A stretch of DNA of 56,509 nt, taken from contig JBDGPX010000063.1 of assembly GCA_042219475.1 (NCBI GenBank), forward strand, positions 1-56,509, written 5' to 3'. Shown here piece after piece: positions 48,079 to 56,385 of the stretch. Positions within the stretch are counted from its first letter, which is position 1, and each line of letters opens with the position of its first letter. The position numbers and the translations under genes were made by a program. The stretch comes from Halobacteriales archaeon (lineage in GTDB: Archaea > Halobacteriota > Halobacteria > Halobacteriales > Hikarchaeaceae). The notes beneath the pieces are model-generated. The model was given only the letters and a program-made list of their open reading frames with translations, was not told the origin of the DNA and searched no databases.

Positions 48079-48786
48079 ATGGTATTCGACATCACGATGA
48101 CGTACGCCGTCGGAACGGTGTTCATGACGCTTGGAACGGTTGTGCTCCTGACGACGATGGCAAAGACATCGGGACGCGACCGAACGCTCTATGCGATCCT
48201 GGCGGCGATTCCCGGGATCGCGGCGGTGGCATATGCCGTAATGACACTCGGAATCGGAACGCTAACCGTCAATGGAAATACTGTTTTCGCGCCACGATAT
48301 ATTGACTGGCTGTTCACGACGGTGTTGCTCGTGTTGTACGTCGGGATGGTCGCCGGTGCGTCCCGAGATGTGCTTGCAAAACTGGTAGCCGCAGACGTCA
48401 GCGTGATTGTGTTCGGGGTGGTCGCGACCATGATCACACCACCAGTGAAATACGGCGCTTTCGCGATCGCGACGGGAGCGTTCGCGGCCCTGCTTTATCT
48501 GCTGTTTGGCCCGACCACCACGGCCTCGGAATCACAGCCGTACCGAGTGACCGCTCTCGCAAAGAAGCTCCGTAACGTGATCGGGGTTCTCTGGCTCATC
48601 TATCCGATCGCCTGGGCTACTGGACCGGCGGCCCTTGGACTCATGAACGTCGGCACCATGGCGGTTGTCATCATGTATCTCGATGTCGTCTCGAAGGTCG
48701 GGTTCGGGTTGATCGCATTGAACGGGGTACAGACGATTGAACAGGCCCAACAGTCTGAACCGGCCGCCGAAACGGTGACTGCCTGA
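48079..48786 (+). CDS. sopII: Sensory rhodopsin (SRII-like) with Val at the conserved helix-C proline
   Basis: 235 aa, seven hydrophobic helices. 'RYIDWLFTTVLLVLY' has D76 at the BR-D85 position and Y87 at the BR-D96 position. The retinal lysine is in 'YLDVVSKVGFG' (K206). Co-oriented with its transducer and immediately downstream of it. Confidence 0.85.
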   Translation: MVFDITMTYAVGTVFMTLGTVVLLTTMAKTSGRDRTLYAILAAIPGIAAVAYAVMTLGIGTLTVNGNTVFAPRYIDWLFTTVLLVLYVGMVAGASRDVLAKLVAADVSVIVFGVVATMITPPVKYGAFAIATGAFAALLYLLFGPTTTASESQPYRVTALAKKLRNVIGVLWLIYPIAWATGPAALGLMNVGTMAVVIMYLDVVSKVGFGLIALNGVQTIEQAQQSEPAAETVTA

Positions 48787-48823
48787 GGATCGTCGAATCG
48801 GCGCCATCTGTGGCGAGAGCGAG

Positions 48824-49960
48824 TCAATCCTGAAAGCGATCGACTTGGAACGGAGTGATGTCGGTCGACAGGTCGTTACCGAGGATTTTATCGGCGATCA
48901 ACTTGCCGCTGTACGGCCCGAGTTGGAGTCCCGTCGGTCCGTGACCCGTCGCGAGCTCGACTCCCTCGATACCAGGAACATCCCCCAGTACTGGGAGGAG
49001 ATCAGTCGTCAGCGGCCGGAGACCGACACGGAGATCAACGATCCGTGCATTCCCCAGTCCCGGTGCGACCTGAAGGGCCTCATCAAGTACTTCTCGGGTC
49101 CCTGCCATCGTCGTGTGGGGCGCAAACCCCACATCGCTTTCTCTGGTCGCCCCGGCAGCCACCCGCCCTTCCGGCCAGGGAACCATATAGTGATCGCTAA
49201 AGGCTGAGACGATCGGCCACTCGCCAGTCGTTGGATCGCTCGTTTCGACGTGGATGATCTGGCCCCGTTGTGGTTCGACCGGAATAGTGACATCGAGTTG
49301 CTCGCCAAACGTTCCGGACCACGCACCGCCCGCGATGACGGCGGTATCCGCTTCATACTGGTCGGTATCGGTTTCGACGCCGGTCACTCGATTACCGTCG
49401 AACAGAAGCCGTTCGGCGGACTCATTTACCGTCGAGAGACCGTGGGTCCGGGCCGCCGCAAGCATGGCCTCGGTGAAGACTCGGCCGTCGACCCGCGACG
49501 CGTTCTCGAAATAGAGCGCACGTTCGATCGATCCAAGCGGGGGAAACAGCTCCGTTGCGGTCGACTGGTCGACCTCATAGAGGACCTTATCCGGCGGATG
49601 GCCCGTTCGTTCCTGCCGATCTTTGACCGCCTCATACGTCTCCTCGTAGGCCGGGAGCTCCTCGGTGTCGGTGGCCACCGTCAGCTTGCCACAGACGCCA
49701 TAGCCCGTCTCGTCGATTCCATCCGCACGGAGATACTCGACGAGTCGGTCGTAGTGCGCGACCGCTTCAATGGCGAAATCCCCCCAGATCCGGTCGGTCA
49801 CTCGAGCACTGGTCTCCGGGGAAAGGATTCCGGCGCCGGCATCGGTCGCTCGGCCCTCGTCCTCACGGTCGATCAAGAGGGTCTGGGCACCGCTTCGGAC
49901 GAGATGATAGGCGGTTGCGGTTCCGACGATTCCGCCACCGATCACGATGGCATCATACAT
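48824..49960 (-). CDS. FAD-dependent oxidoreductase (DAO family; glycine/D-amino-acid/sarcosine-oxidase-like)
   Basis: 378 aa. 'YDAIVIGGGIVGTATAYHL' at the N-terminus and a 'TGHGPTG' C-terminal region. Confidence 0.85.
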   Translation of the reverse strand: MYDAIVIGGGIVGTATAYHLVRSGAQTLLIDREDEGRATDAGAGILSPETSARVTDRIWGDFAIEAVAHYDRLVEYLRADGIDETGYGVCGKLTVATDTEELPAYEETYEAVKDRQERTGHPPDKVLYEVDQSTATELFPPLGSIERALYFENASRVDGRVFTEAMLAAARTHGLSTVNESAERLLFDGNRVTGVETDTDQYEADTAVIAGGAWSGTFGEQLDVTIPVEPQRGQIIHVETSDPTTGEWPIVSAFSDHYMVPWPEGRVAAGATRESDVGFAPHTTMAGTREVLDEALQVAPGLGNARIVDLRVGLRPLTTDLLPVLGDVPGIEGVELATGHGPTGLQLGPYSGKLIADKILGNDLSTDITPFQVDRFQD

Positions 49961-50038
49961 ATTCCGGTGTGACTATCCGATAGGCAAAAACACCGTCGGG
50001 ACTCCTGCCGGGCGGGAACCTTTAGGGCACTGGCAGCG

Positions 50039-50248
50039 GTGTGCGATGGTATGGATGGGACCTGCCCCTATCTCGACTACCGTCGGTCGGCCGACGATAG
50101 CGACATCGAGTTCGATACACCGCGAGCCTTCTGTACGGCAGCCGACCGGTTCGTTCAGCCGATGCGAGCCGACATCTGTAACGACCGGTTCGAATTAACT
50201 CACGAACGAGACTGTGAAATCTTCCGGGATCAGGAAGGGTGTGACTGA
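50039..50248 (+). CDS. Small Cys-rich protein (6 Cys in 69 aa), function unknown
   Basis: 'MCDGMDGTCPYLDYR...FCTA...ADICNDR...RDCEIF...GCD'. Acidic. The stop is 2 nt before the GTG start of the BKACE gene. The start could instead be the M5 codon. Confidence 0.4.
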   Translation: MCDGMDGTCPYLDYRRSADDSDIEFDTPRAFCTAADRFVQPMRADICNDRFELTHERDCEIFRDQEGCD

Positions 50249-50250
50249 CC

Positions 50251-51093
50251 GTGACCTACCAGGAGTATCTCGACCGAAAGCCAGTGATCGTGACTGCCGC
50301 GTTGACCGGTGGGGTCCACGGGAAAGAGGCGAATCCGAATCTCCCTGAACGGCCGGCGGAGATCGGCGCCGCTGCAGCGGCGTGTGCGGATGCCGGTGCC
50401 TCGATCGTACATCTACACGCTCGACAGGATAACGGGGAGCGGGCGTTCGATCGGGAGCGGTTTCAGGCGATCGATGAGGCGATCCGTGACCGGACCGACG
50501 AGTTGATCATCCAGCACTCAACGGGTGGCACCGGCGCCCCCCTCGAAAAGCGGATCGAGGCACTCCGCACCGATCCACCCCCCGAGATGGCATCCCTCGA
50601 TATGGGGCCGATGAACCGCTACGATCACTTGACTAGCGAGAACACCCGGGCGATGGTCGACGCCTTCCACGAGGAGATGCTAGCGAAGGAGATCAAACCC
50701 GAAATCGAGGTGTTCAACAACGGTCATCTCAATGAAGTCTACGCACTACTAGAACGGACAGATCTGGCGTCACCGCCCTATATCAACTGTATCGTCGGTC
50801 CCGGAACGCTCACACCACCGACGCCGGGGAACTTCCTCAATTTGCTTCAAAACCTCCCTGAAGGGGCCGAATTCAATACACTCGGGATCGGTCCTCATCA
50901 ACTGGCATTTGCCACTCTGGGAATTCTGATGGGCGGTCATATTCGTGTTGGGCTTGAGGACAATGTCTACTACGACCGGGGGGAACTGGCCGAGAGTAAC
51001 GCACAACTGGTCGAACGGATCGTCGACATTGCCGAGCGGCTCGGCCGACCGATCGCGACGCCAACACAAACACGAGAGATCCTCGAGCTTTAG
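50251..51093 (+). CDS. 3-keto-5-aminohexanoate cleavage enzyme family (BKACE/DUF849)
   Basis: 280 aa with a GTG start. 'VIVTAALTGGVHGK', 'ASIVHLHAR' and 'GGHIRVGLEDN', typical of the BKACE TIM-barrel family. Confidence 0.85.
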   Translation: MTYQEYLDRKPVIVTAALTGGVHGKEANPNLPERPAEIGAAAAACADAGASIVHLHARQDNGERAFDRERFQAIDEAIRDRTDELIIQHSTGGTGAPLEKRIEALRTDPPPEMASLDMGPMNRYDHLTSENTRAMVDAFHEEMLAKEIKPEIEVFNNGHLNEVYALLERTDLASPPYINCIVGPGTLTPPTPGNFLNLLQNLPEGAEFNTLGIGPHQLAFATLGILMGGHIRVGLEDNVYYDRGELAESNAQLVERIVDIAERLGRPIATPTQTREILEL

Positions 51094-51115
51094 CCAGCGG
51101 GACAAGTGTCGCGAC

Positions 51116-51580
51116 TCAGTCACCGATGTGATCGAACGGAGTCCACTCGAACCACAGCCACAGCGGCGCACCGATCACGAGAAGACCGCCGAGGATCATC
51201 AGGGTCATCGAGAGAAATTCCGGGAGTTGTGGCGCCAGTTCAAGCAAGCCGCCTTCGACCGTTTGTGAGCTGGTCGATCTATCATCGACCAGCAGGACGA
51301 GCGCTGATTCCTCCGGTGTCGCCGCCAGCGTCGGTAACACTGAGGGGGACTCATAATCGAAAAACCGCAGAAGATGCGGGCTTTGGTTGCCCAATGAGGC
51401 AAACAGAGCGATATAGCCGCCGACGATGACGGCGATCAGCCCCAACAGGACGGTATCGAGCCCGACGGAGAACCGATCACGGCTCGTGGGGATCGGGGGT
51501 TTATGCATCGACCACACTATCAGGTGAAGCCTAATGAGTACTTCGCGGCTGGACATCGTTACCACACGGATACCAGCCAT
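51116..51580 (-). CDS. Hypothetical membrane protein (two TM segments)
   Basis: ORF with hydrophobic segments 'VLLGLIAVIVGGYIALFA' and 'MTLMILGGLLVIGAPLWLWF'. The true start is probably an internal Met ('MHKPPIP' or earlier). Confidence 0.45.
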   Translation of the reverse strand: MAGIRVVTMSSREVLIRLHLIVWSMHKPPIPTSRDRFSVGLDTVLLGLIAVIVGGYIALFASLGNQSPHLLRFFDYESPSVLPTLAATPEESALVLLVDDRSTSSQTVEGGLLELAPQLPEFLSMTLMILGGLLVIGAPLWLWFEWTPFDHIGD

Positions 51581-51668
51581 TCAGGAACCAATTGATCGAC
51601 GACGATGAAGGATTCGGTCCGAAATGTCGGGAGAAACTGCCCGGAATTCGCGAAGGGTTATAGACTCC

Positions 51669-53294
51669 TTAGAATCCGACGACGGTCCCGTCCTTCCGGG
51701 GTTCGGTGGCTCCGGATAGCGCCCCCGCCCGGTTACGGACGATCTGCGCCCCGCCGAAGCCCGACGGGGGATTCACGACCAGATCGTGGCCCTTCCGGAC
51801 GAGTTTGGTTTGCAGTTCGGCGTCCATCCGGGCCTCGACAGCGAGATCGCCGGATTCGCGGTACCGGAACCGTGGTTCGTCGAGGGCTCGCTGGAGGCTC
51901 ATATCGTAATCAACGATGTTCGAGAGCGTCTGGACGTGACCCTGTGGTTGCATGTAGCCGCCCATGACCCCAAACGCCGCCCAGTCATCCTCATCGAGCT
52001 TCGCGATCGCCGGGATCAGCGTGTGGAACGGCCGCTTGCCGGGTTCGAGATGGTTGGGATGATCGGGATCGAGCGAGAACGATGCACCCCGATTTTGGAG
52101 CGCAACGCCGGTATCGCCCGCCACGAGCCCGCTGCCGAAGCCGGCGAACCGGGAGTTGATGTAGGAGACGACGTTGCCGGCGTCATCAGCCACGGTCAAC
52201 AACACGGTATCTGCATCCTCGGCCCGGGCCTTCGGGACGCCAAACGAAACGTCCTCGAGGGCCTCCTCGCCGATCTCTGTCGCCCGTTGTCGGGCGTAGG
52301 CCTTCGAGGCAAGCGGCGGAATCTCCTCGTACTCGGGATCGGTGATGTACCGGTGACCGTCGTGGAAGGCGAGCTTGACGGCCTCAGCGAAGGCGTGGAC
52401 GCGTTCAGCGGAACCATACGGGTGATCGGCGGCACCGATCTCCTCGGCGATGTTGAGTGCCTCAAGCGCGATGAGCCCCTGGTTGTTCGGTGGGAGCTCG
52501 TATACCTCGGTGCCGTTGTAGGTCGTCGAGACCGGATCAATGAATTCGGGTTCGAATGATGCGAGGTCCTCGTGTGACAGGAAGCCACCTTTCGATTGGA
52601 CCTCCTCAACGATCGCATCGGCGATCTCCCCAGTGTAAAACGCGTCGGCGCCGTCGTCGGCGATCCGCTGCATCGTCTCGCCCAATTCCGTCAGGCGAAC
52701 GATTTCGCCGACTTTCGGGCTCCGATCGTCGACCAGATAGGCCCGTCTGGCGTTGTCGTCTTCAAAGAGTTCCTCTGCGGCCCCCCAATGGTGGGCGATG
52801 ACTTCGGAGACCGGAAACCCCTCCGTTGCATACCGGATCGCCGGCTGGAGGACATCAGCGAGGGTCATCCGGCCGAGTTCCTCGACGGTGAGCTCCCACC
52901 CGCGTGCCGTTCCCGGAACCGTGACGGTTTGGGGGCCCCGGAATGGCATCTCCGCGTCGGTCGGATCGACGTCCTGCTTGGGAGCGACCGCCTCGCGAAC
53001 CCGGTCGATCGTGGCATCGGCCGGGGCACCACCACAGCTGCGCATTGCTCCGACTTCGTCGTCAGCAGTCTTATAGAGGGCGAAGACATCCCCACCGAGT
53101 CCGGTGCTGGTCGGTTCGACGACGTTGAGGGCGGCGGCGGTCGCGACCGCCGCATCGAAGGCATTGCCGCCGTCCTGAAGCGTCGTGACGCCCGCTTCGG
53201 CGGCGAGTGGCTGGCTGGTGGCGACGATCCCCTCGGGGGCGTGGACTGTCGACCGGCGTGACGTGAAACGATCGATATCGGTCGGCTCTCGCAT
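51669..53294 (-). CDS. ggt: Gamma-glutamyltransferase
   Basis: I prefer the ATG at 53294 ('MREPTDIDRF'). 'GNAFDAAVATAAAL', 'TSTGLGGD' and 'GGYMQPQG' are typical of the Ntn-hydrolase GGT family. Confidence 0.9.
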   Translation of the reverse strand: MREPTDIDRFTSRRSTVHAPEGIVATSQPLAAEAGVTTLQDGGNAFDAAVATAAALNVVEPTSTGLGGDVFALYKTADDEVGAMRSCGGAPADATIDRVREAVAPKQDVDPTDAEMPFRGPQTVTVPGTARGWELTVEELGRMTLADVLQPAIRYATEGFPVSEVIAHHWGAAEELFEDDNARRAYLVDDRSPKVGEIVRLTELGETMQRIADDGADAFYTGEIADAIVEEVQSKGGFLSHEDLASFEPEFIDPVSTTYNGTEVYELPPNNQGLIALEALNIAEEIGAADHPYGSAERVHAFAEAVKLAFHDGHRYITDPEYEEIPPLASKAYARQRATEIGEEALEDVSFGVPKARAEDADTVLLTVADDAGNVVSYINSRFAGFGSGLVAGDTGVALQNRGASFSLDPDHPNHLEPGKRPFHTLIPAIAKLDEDDWAAFGVMGGYMQPQGHVQTLSNIVDYDMSLQRALDEPRFRYRESGDLAVEARMDAELQTKLVRKGHDLVVNPPSGFGGAQIVRNRAGALSGATEPRKDGTVVGF

Positions 53295-53418
53295 ATCCGC
53301 CCACAGGAGAGGTAGCCTAAAAAGCAAACCCTTCTCCTTGGACTCTGCCGGTTGAAGAGCGCCCTCGGACCGACGATATCAGATTAGAAGTATCGAAAAG
53401 TGATAGCATGCGTTGAAT

Positions 53419-53430
53419 TTTTGATCAAAA
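53419..53430. promoter_or_regulatory. Perfect 12-nt palindrome TTTTGATCAAAA upstream of the HalX response-regulator gene
   Basis: Read directly. It sits in an AT-rich spacer about 120 nt upstream of ATG 53548. Function unproven. Confidence 0.3.
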
Positions 53431-53547
53431 TTATCAATATTAAAACTCACAGAGTTACTTTCATAATGGTGAATTAGCCATCTTGAACGTGACAACGGAT
53501 CGAGCGCAAAGTATCGGTCGAGAACGTTGACTCCGGGGCCTTCACCA

Positions 53548-54183
53548 ATGGTAACCCAAGATGAGACCGCGACCGTATTAGTGGTCGAGGACGATCGTGC
53601 GAGCCGGGAACTCTATCAGACCTGGCTTCGTTCCGCGTTCGAGGTCCACACGGCCACCGGTGGCGAGGAAGCCCTGACGACGATCGATCAGCAAACCAAC
53701 ATCGACGTCGTCCTGCTCGACCGACGGCTTCCGGGCCTCTCCGGTCGGGAAGTGCTCAAGGAAATCCGGGAGCGTGGTATCGAGTGTCAGGTCGCCATGC
53801 TCACCGGCGTCGATCCCGGACTCGATATCGTTCATATGCCCTTCGACGATTACCTTCGCAAACCGGTCAGTAAGGCCACACTCGTCGATCTCGTCAATCA
53901 GTTGTTGGTCAGGGCCAAATACGATCGAATCAGCCAGCGCTACTTTGCGCTCACTAGAAAGCTCGTCATGCTCGAAACCTCATTCGACGAGGAGGAACTC
54001 GCCGAAAGCGAGGAATATACTGAACTCAAATCAGAATACGAGACGGTGAAAGCGGAGGTGACTGAAGCGTTCGAGACGGCGGTCGAATCAGTCGGCTACG
54101 AGACCCTCTTTAGCGATCTACCGGAGACACCTCCATCCGAGTCCTCCCATTCGGAAATCGGATCCGATAACAACTCATACTGA
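53548..54183 (+). CDS. Response regulator with canonical receiver and HalX C-terminal domain
   Basis: The ATG at 53548 gives 'MVTQDETATVLVVEDD'. 'DVVLLDRRLPGLSG', 'MLTGV' and 'YLRKP' follow, then the HalX-like 'LVDLVNQLLVRAKYDRISQRYFALTRKLVMLE'. Confidence 0.8.
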   Translation: MVTQDETATVLVVEDDRASRELYQTWLRSAFEVHTATGGEEALTTIDQQTNIDVVLLDRRLPGLSGREVLKEIRERGIECQVAMLTGVDPGLDIVHMPFDDYLRKPVSKATLVDLVNQLLVRAKYDRISQRYFALTRKLVMLETSFDEEELAESEEYTELKSEYETVKAEVTEAFETAVESVGYETLFSDLPETPPSESSHSEIGSDNNSY

Positions 54184-54471
54184 TTGTACCCTTCGAGAAT
54201 CGGCCGGATCCAACGGGTCTATCGGAATCGACCAGGTTCACATGGGGTCCTCGGAAAGCCTCGGTCTCGACGAGCGCCGAAGACGCGAGCATCGCCATCA
54301 TCGCGAGCCTGTTTATGATCTGGGCGCTCGGGGTCAGTAGCAACGGTTATCGAAAGCGGCCTCGTCGAGGGGTGACTCGGTGCCTGGCTGAGCTCGCTCG
54401 TATCGGCGACCGCTATCGAATTCGGGCTCTATCGGGTGCTCGTGACCGTGGTTGGCGCTGGCTAACCGGTG

Positions 54472-56385
54472 TCAGTTCCTCGTGGCATTGCGGTTCGTTA
54501 GTCCCGTCTCGATCCGACCGATCTCTTCGAGCAGGGGCAGATCGTGAAGCTCAACGAGGGTCCGGATGGCGCCAGCGAGCCACGTCGCTCGTTCGACTTT
54601 CAGACGTAAATCACCCGGCCCGATCCCGTATTCCTCGATGATTGCGTCCTCGGATACGTCGTTGATCCAATCCAGGAGAATACGAACGGATTTGAGCGTC
54701 TTGAGCCACGCCTCGAACTCCCCCTCGTAGGTGTCTGCCGATCGAACGAACACGTCGTCGTTAGCCATCGCAAACCGGTAAAGCCACGATCGCTCGGTTT
54801 CTGTGAGATAGCGCGAGGTCATGTCGGGGGTGTCACAGAGGATTTCAAGGACGGTCAGTGGCGATGGGGCCGCAAGTTCCGTCGCTGCCCGGAGATCAGC
54901 GACGACTTTCGCGCCGGTCCGGGGATCGATATAGAGTCTCGAAACCTGTTCGCCGTACTCCGTCGCTGTCAGCCCATCCTCAGTATCGATCATCGTCTCC
55001 GAGGCGAGGTAATCCAGGAGCAGATCAGCGATGTCGACGAGGATCGATTGGTCCTCCTGGGCCGCATAAAAAGTCTCCCCGAGGACCGATAACAGTTCGG
55101 ACCGCGAGTCGGCAAAACCGCTTGCGATCGTCGAGAGGACGTGTGTCCGTAGCGCCTCCTGGGTTGCGAGCTTCGACGTGACGTCTGGCGAGTCGGCGTT
55201 GATATACTGGTCGGTGAGCCGATCGGCCATGGCCGCATCATCGGCGATCAGGACGGCCTCACCGTAGGGATCGAGCCCGGGTCGACCTGCTCGTCCGAAC
55301 ATCTGCTGAATCTCAAGGACGGATAACGGCTCCAGGCCGGTATCGGTATATCGCTGATGATCACGGACGATGATCCGTCGGGCAGGGATGTTGACACCGG
55401 ACGCAAGCGTTGGCGTTGCACAGATGACCTCGAGCCGACGGTCCCGGAAGGCCCGCTCGATCAGCGATCGATGTTCGGACCGTAATCCGGCGTGGTGAAA
55501 CGCGATTCCATCCTCGACGGTCGAGGCCAGCGAACGGCCAGTCGCCGTCCGGGCCGTCGAGTCGATCGCTTGTTCCAGGTCGGCATCGCCACAGGCATCC
55601 AGATCGGAGAGCTCACGGGCCACCGATTCGGCCGCCCGGCGGGAATGGACGAACACGAGACACTGGCCGCCATCAGCGAGCGTATCGGCGACGAGGGCCG
55701 GTACCGGCTCCGTCCGATCGGTCCACACTGGTTGTGAATCCCCCTCAGCGAAATCGATCGTCCCATCGGAATAGACCCCCCGTTTGAGCTCGACCGGTCG
55801 CCACGTCGACTCAACCAAGCCGGCATTGAGCCAGTCGGCGATCGCCTCCGGGTTCCCGACAGTCGCACTCAGTGCGATCAACTGGAGGTCCGGAACCAGC
55901 CGCCGCAGTTTCGCGACGGTGATTTCGAGCGTCGGGCCCCTGGCGGCCGAGTCGAGAAGATGGACCTCGTCGACGACGAGACAGTCACAGTCATCAAGCC
56001 AGGAGACGCCTCGTCGGATCATCGAATCGACCTTCTCGCTGGTCGCGACGACGATATCGTGGTCGCCTAGCTCCTCAGCATCGGCGGTGTAATCGCCGGT
56101 CGCAACACCGACGCTTACATCCGGCAGGGCCGCGAATTCGGCGTGTTTCTCCTCGGCGAGCGCCCGCAATGGCACCACGTACAGTGCCATCCCCGGGGCG
56201 GTGAGCATGGCCAATGTCGCAATCAAAGTCTTACCGCTCGCCGTCGGTACCGCTGCGACCAGGGAGTTACCGTCGGTGATACCGGCCTCGACGGCGGCCG
56301 CCTGTGGGGGATAGAGTGACTCGATGCCCTCAGACCGGTAATGATCGCGAAGCGTGGATGGGAGATCGAGCTCCCGGAGCTGCAT
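54472..56385 (-). CDS. Ski2/Hel308-like superfamily-2 DEAD/DEAH-box helicase (short form)
   Basis: 637 aa. 'LYPPQAAAV', Walker A 'PTASGKT', 'VVDEVH', 'SATVGN', 'HHAGL' and 'TPTLASGVNIPA' follow the Ski2/Hel308 motif order. It is shorter than my recollection of canonical Hel308. Confidence 0.85.
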   Translation of the reverse strand: MQLRELDLPSTLRDHYRSEGIESLYPPQAAAVEAGITDGNSLVAAVPTASGKTLIATLAMLTAPGMALYVVPLRALAEEKHAEFAALPDVSVGVATGDYTADAEELGDHDIVVATSEKVDSMIRRGVSWLDDCDCLVVDEVHLLDSAARGPTLEITVAKLRRLVPDLQLIALSATVGNPEAIADWLNAGLVESTWRPVELKRGVYSDGTIDFAEGDSQPVWTDRTEPVPALVADTLADGGQCLVFVHSRRAAESVARELSDLDACGDADLEQAIDSTARTATGRSLASTVEDGIAFHHAGLRSEHRSLIERAFRDRRLEVICATPTLASGVNIPARRIIVRDHQRYTDTGLEPLSVLEIQQMFGRAGRPGLDPYGEAVLIADDAAMADRLTDQYINADSPDVTSKLATQEALRTHVLSTIASGFADSRSELLSVLGETFYAAQEDQSILVDIADLLLDYLASETMIDTEDGLTATEYGEQVSRLYIDPRTGAKVVADLRAATELAAPSPLTVLEILCDTPDMTSRYLTETERSWLYRFAMANDDVFVRSADTYEGEFEAWLKTLKSVRILLDWINDVSEDAIIEEYGIGPGDLRLKVERATWLAGAIRTLVELHDLPLLEEIGRIETGLTNRNATRN

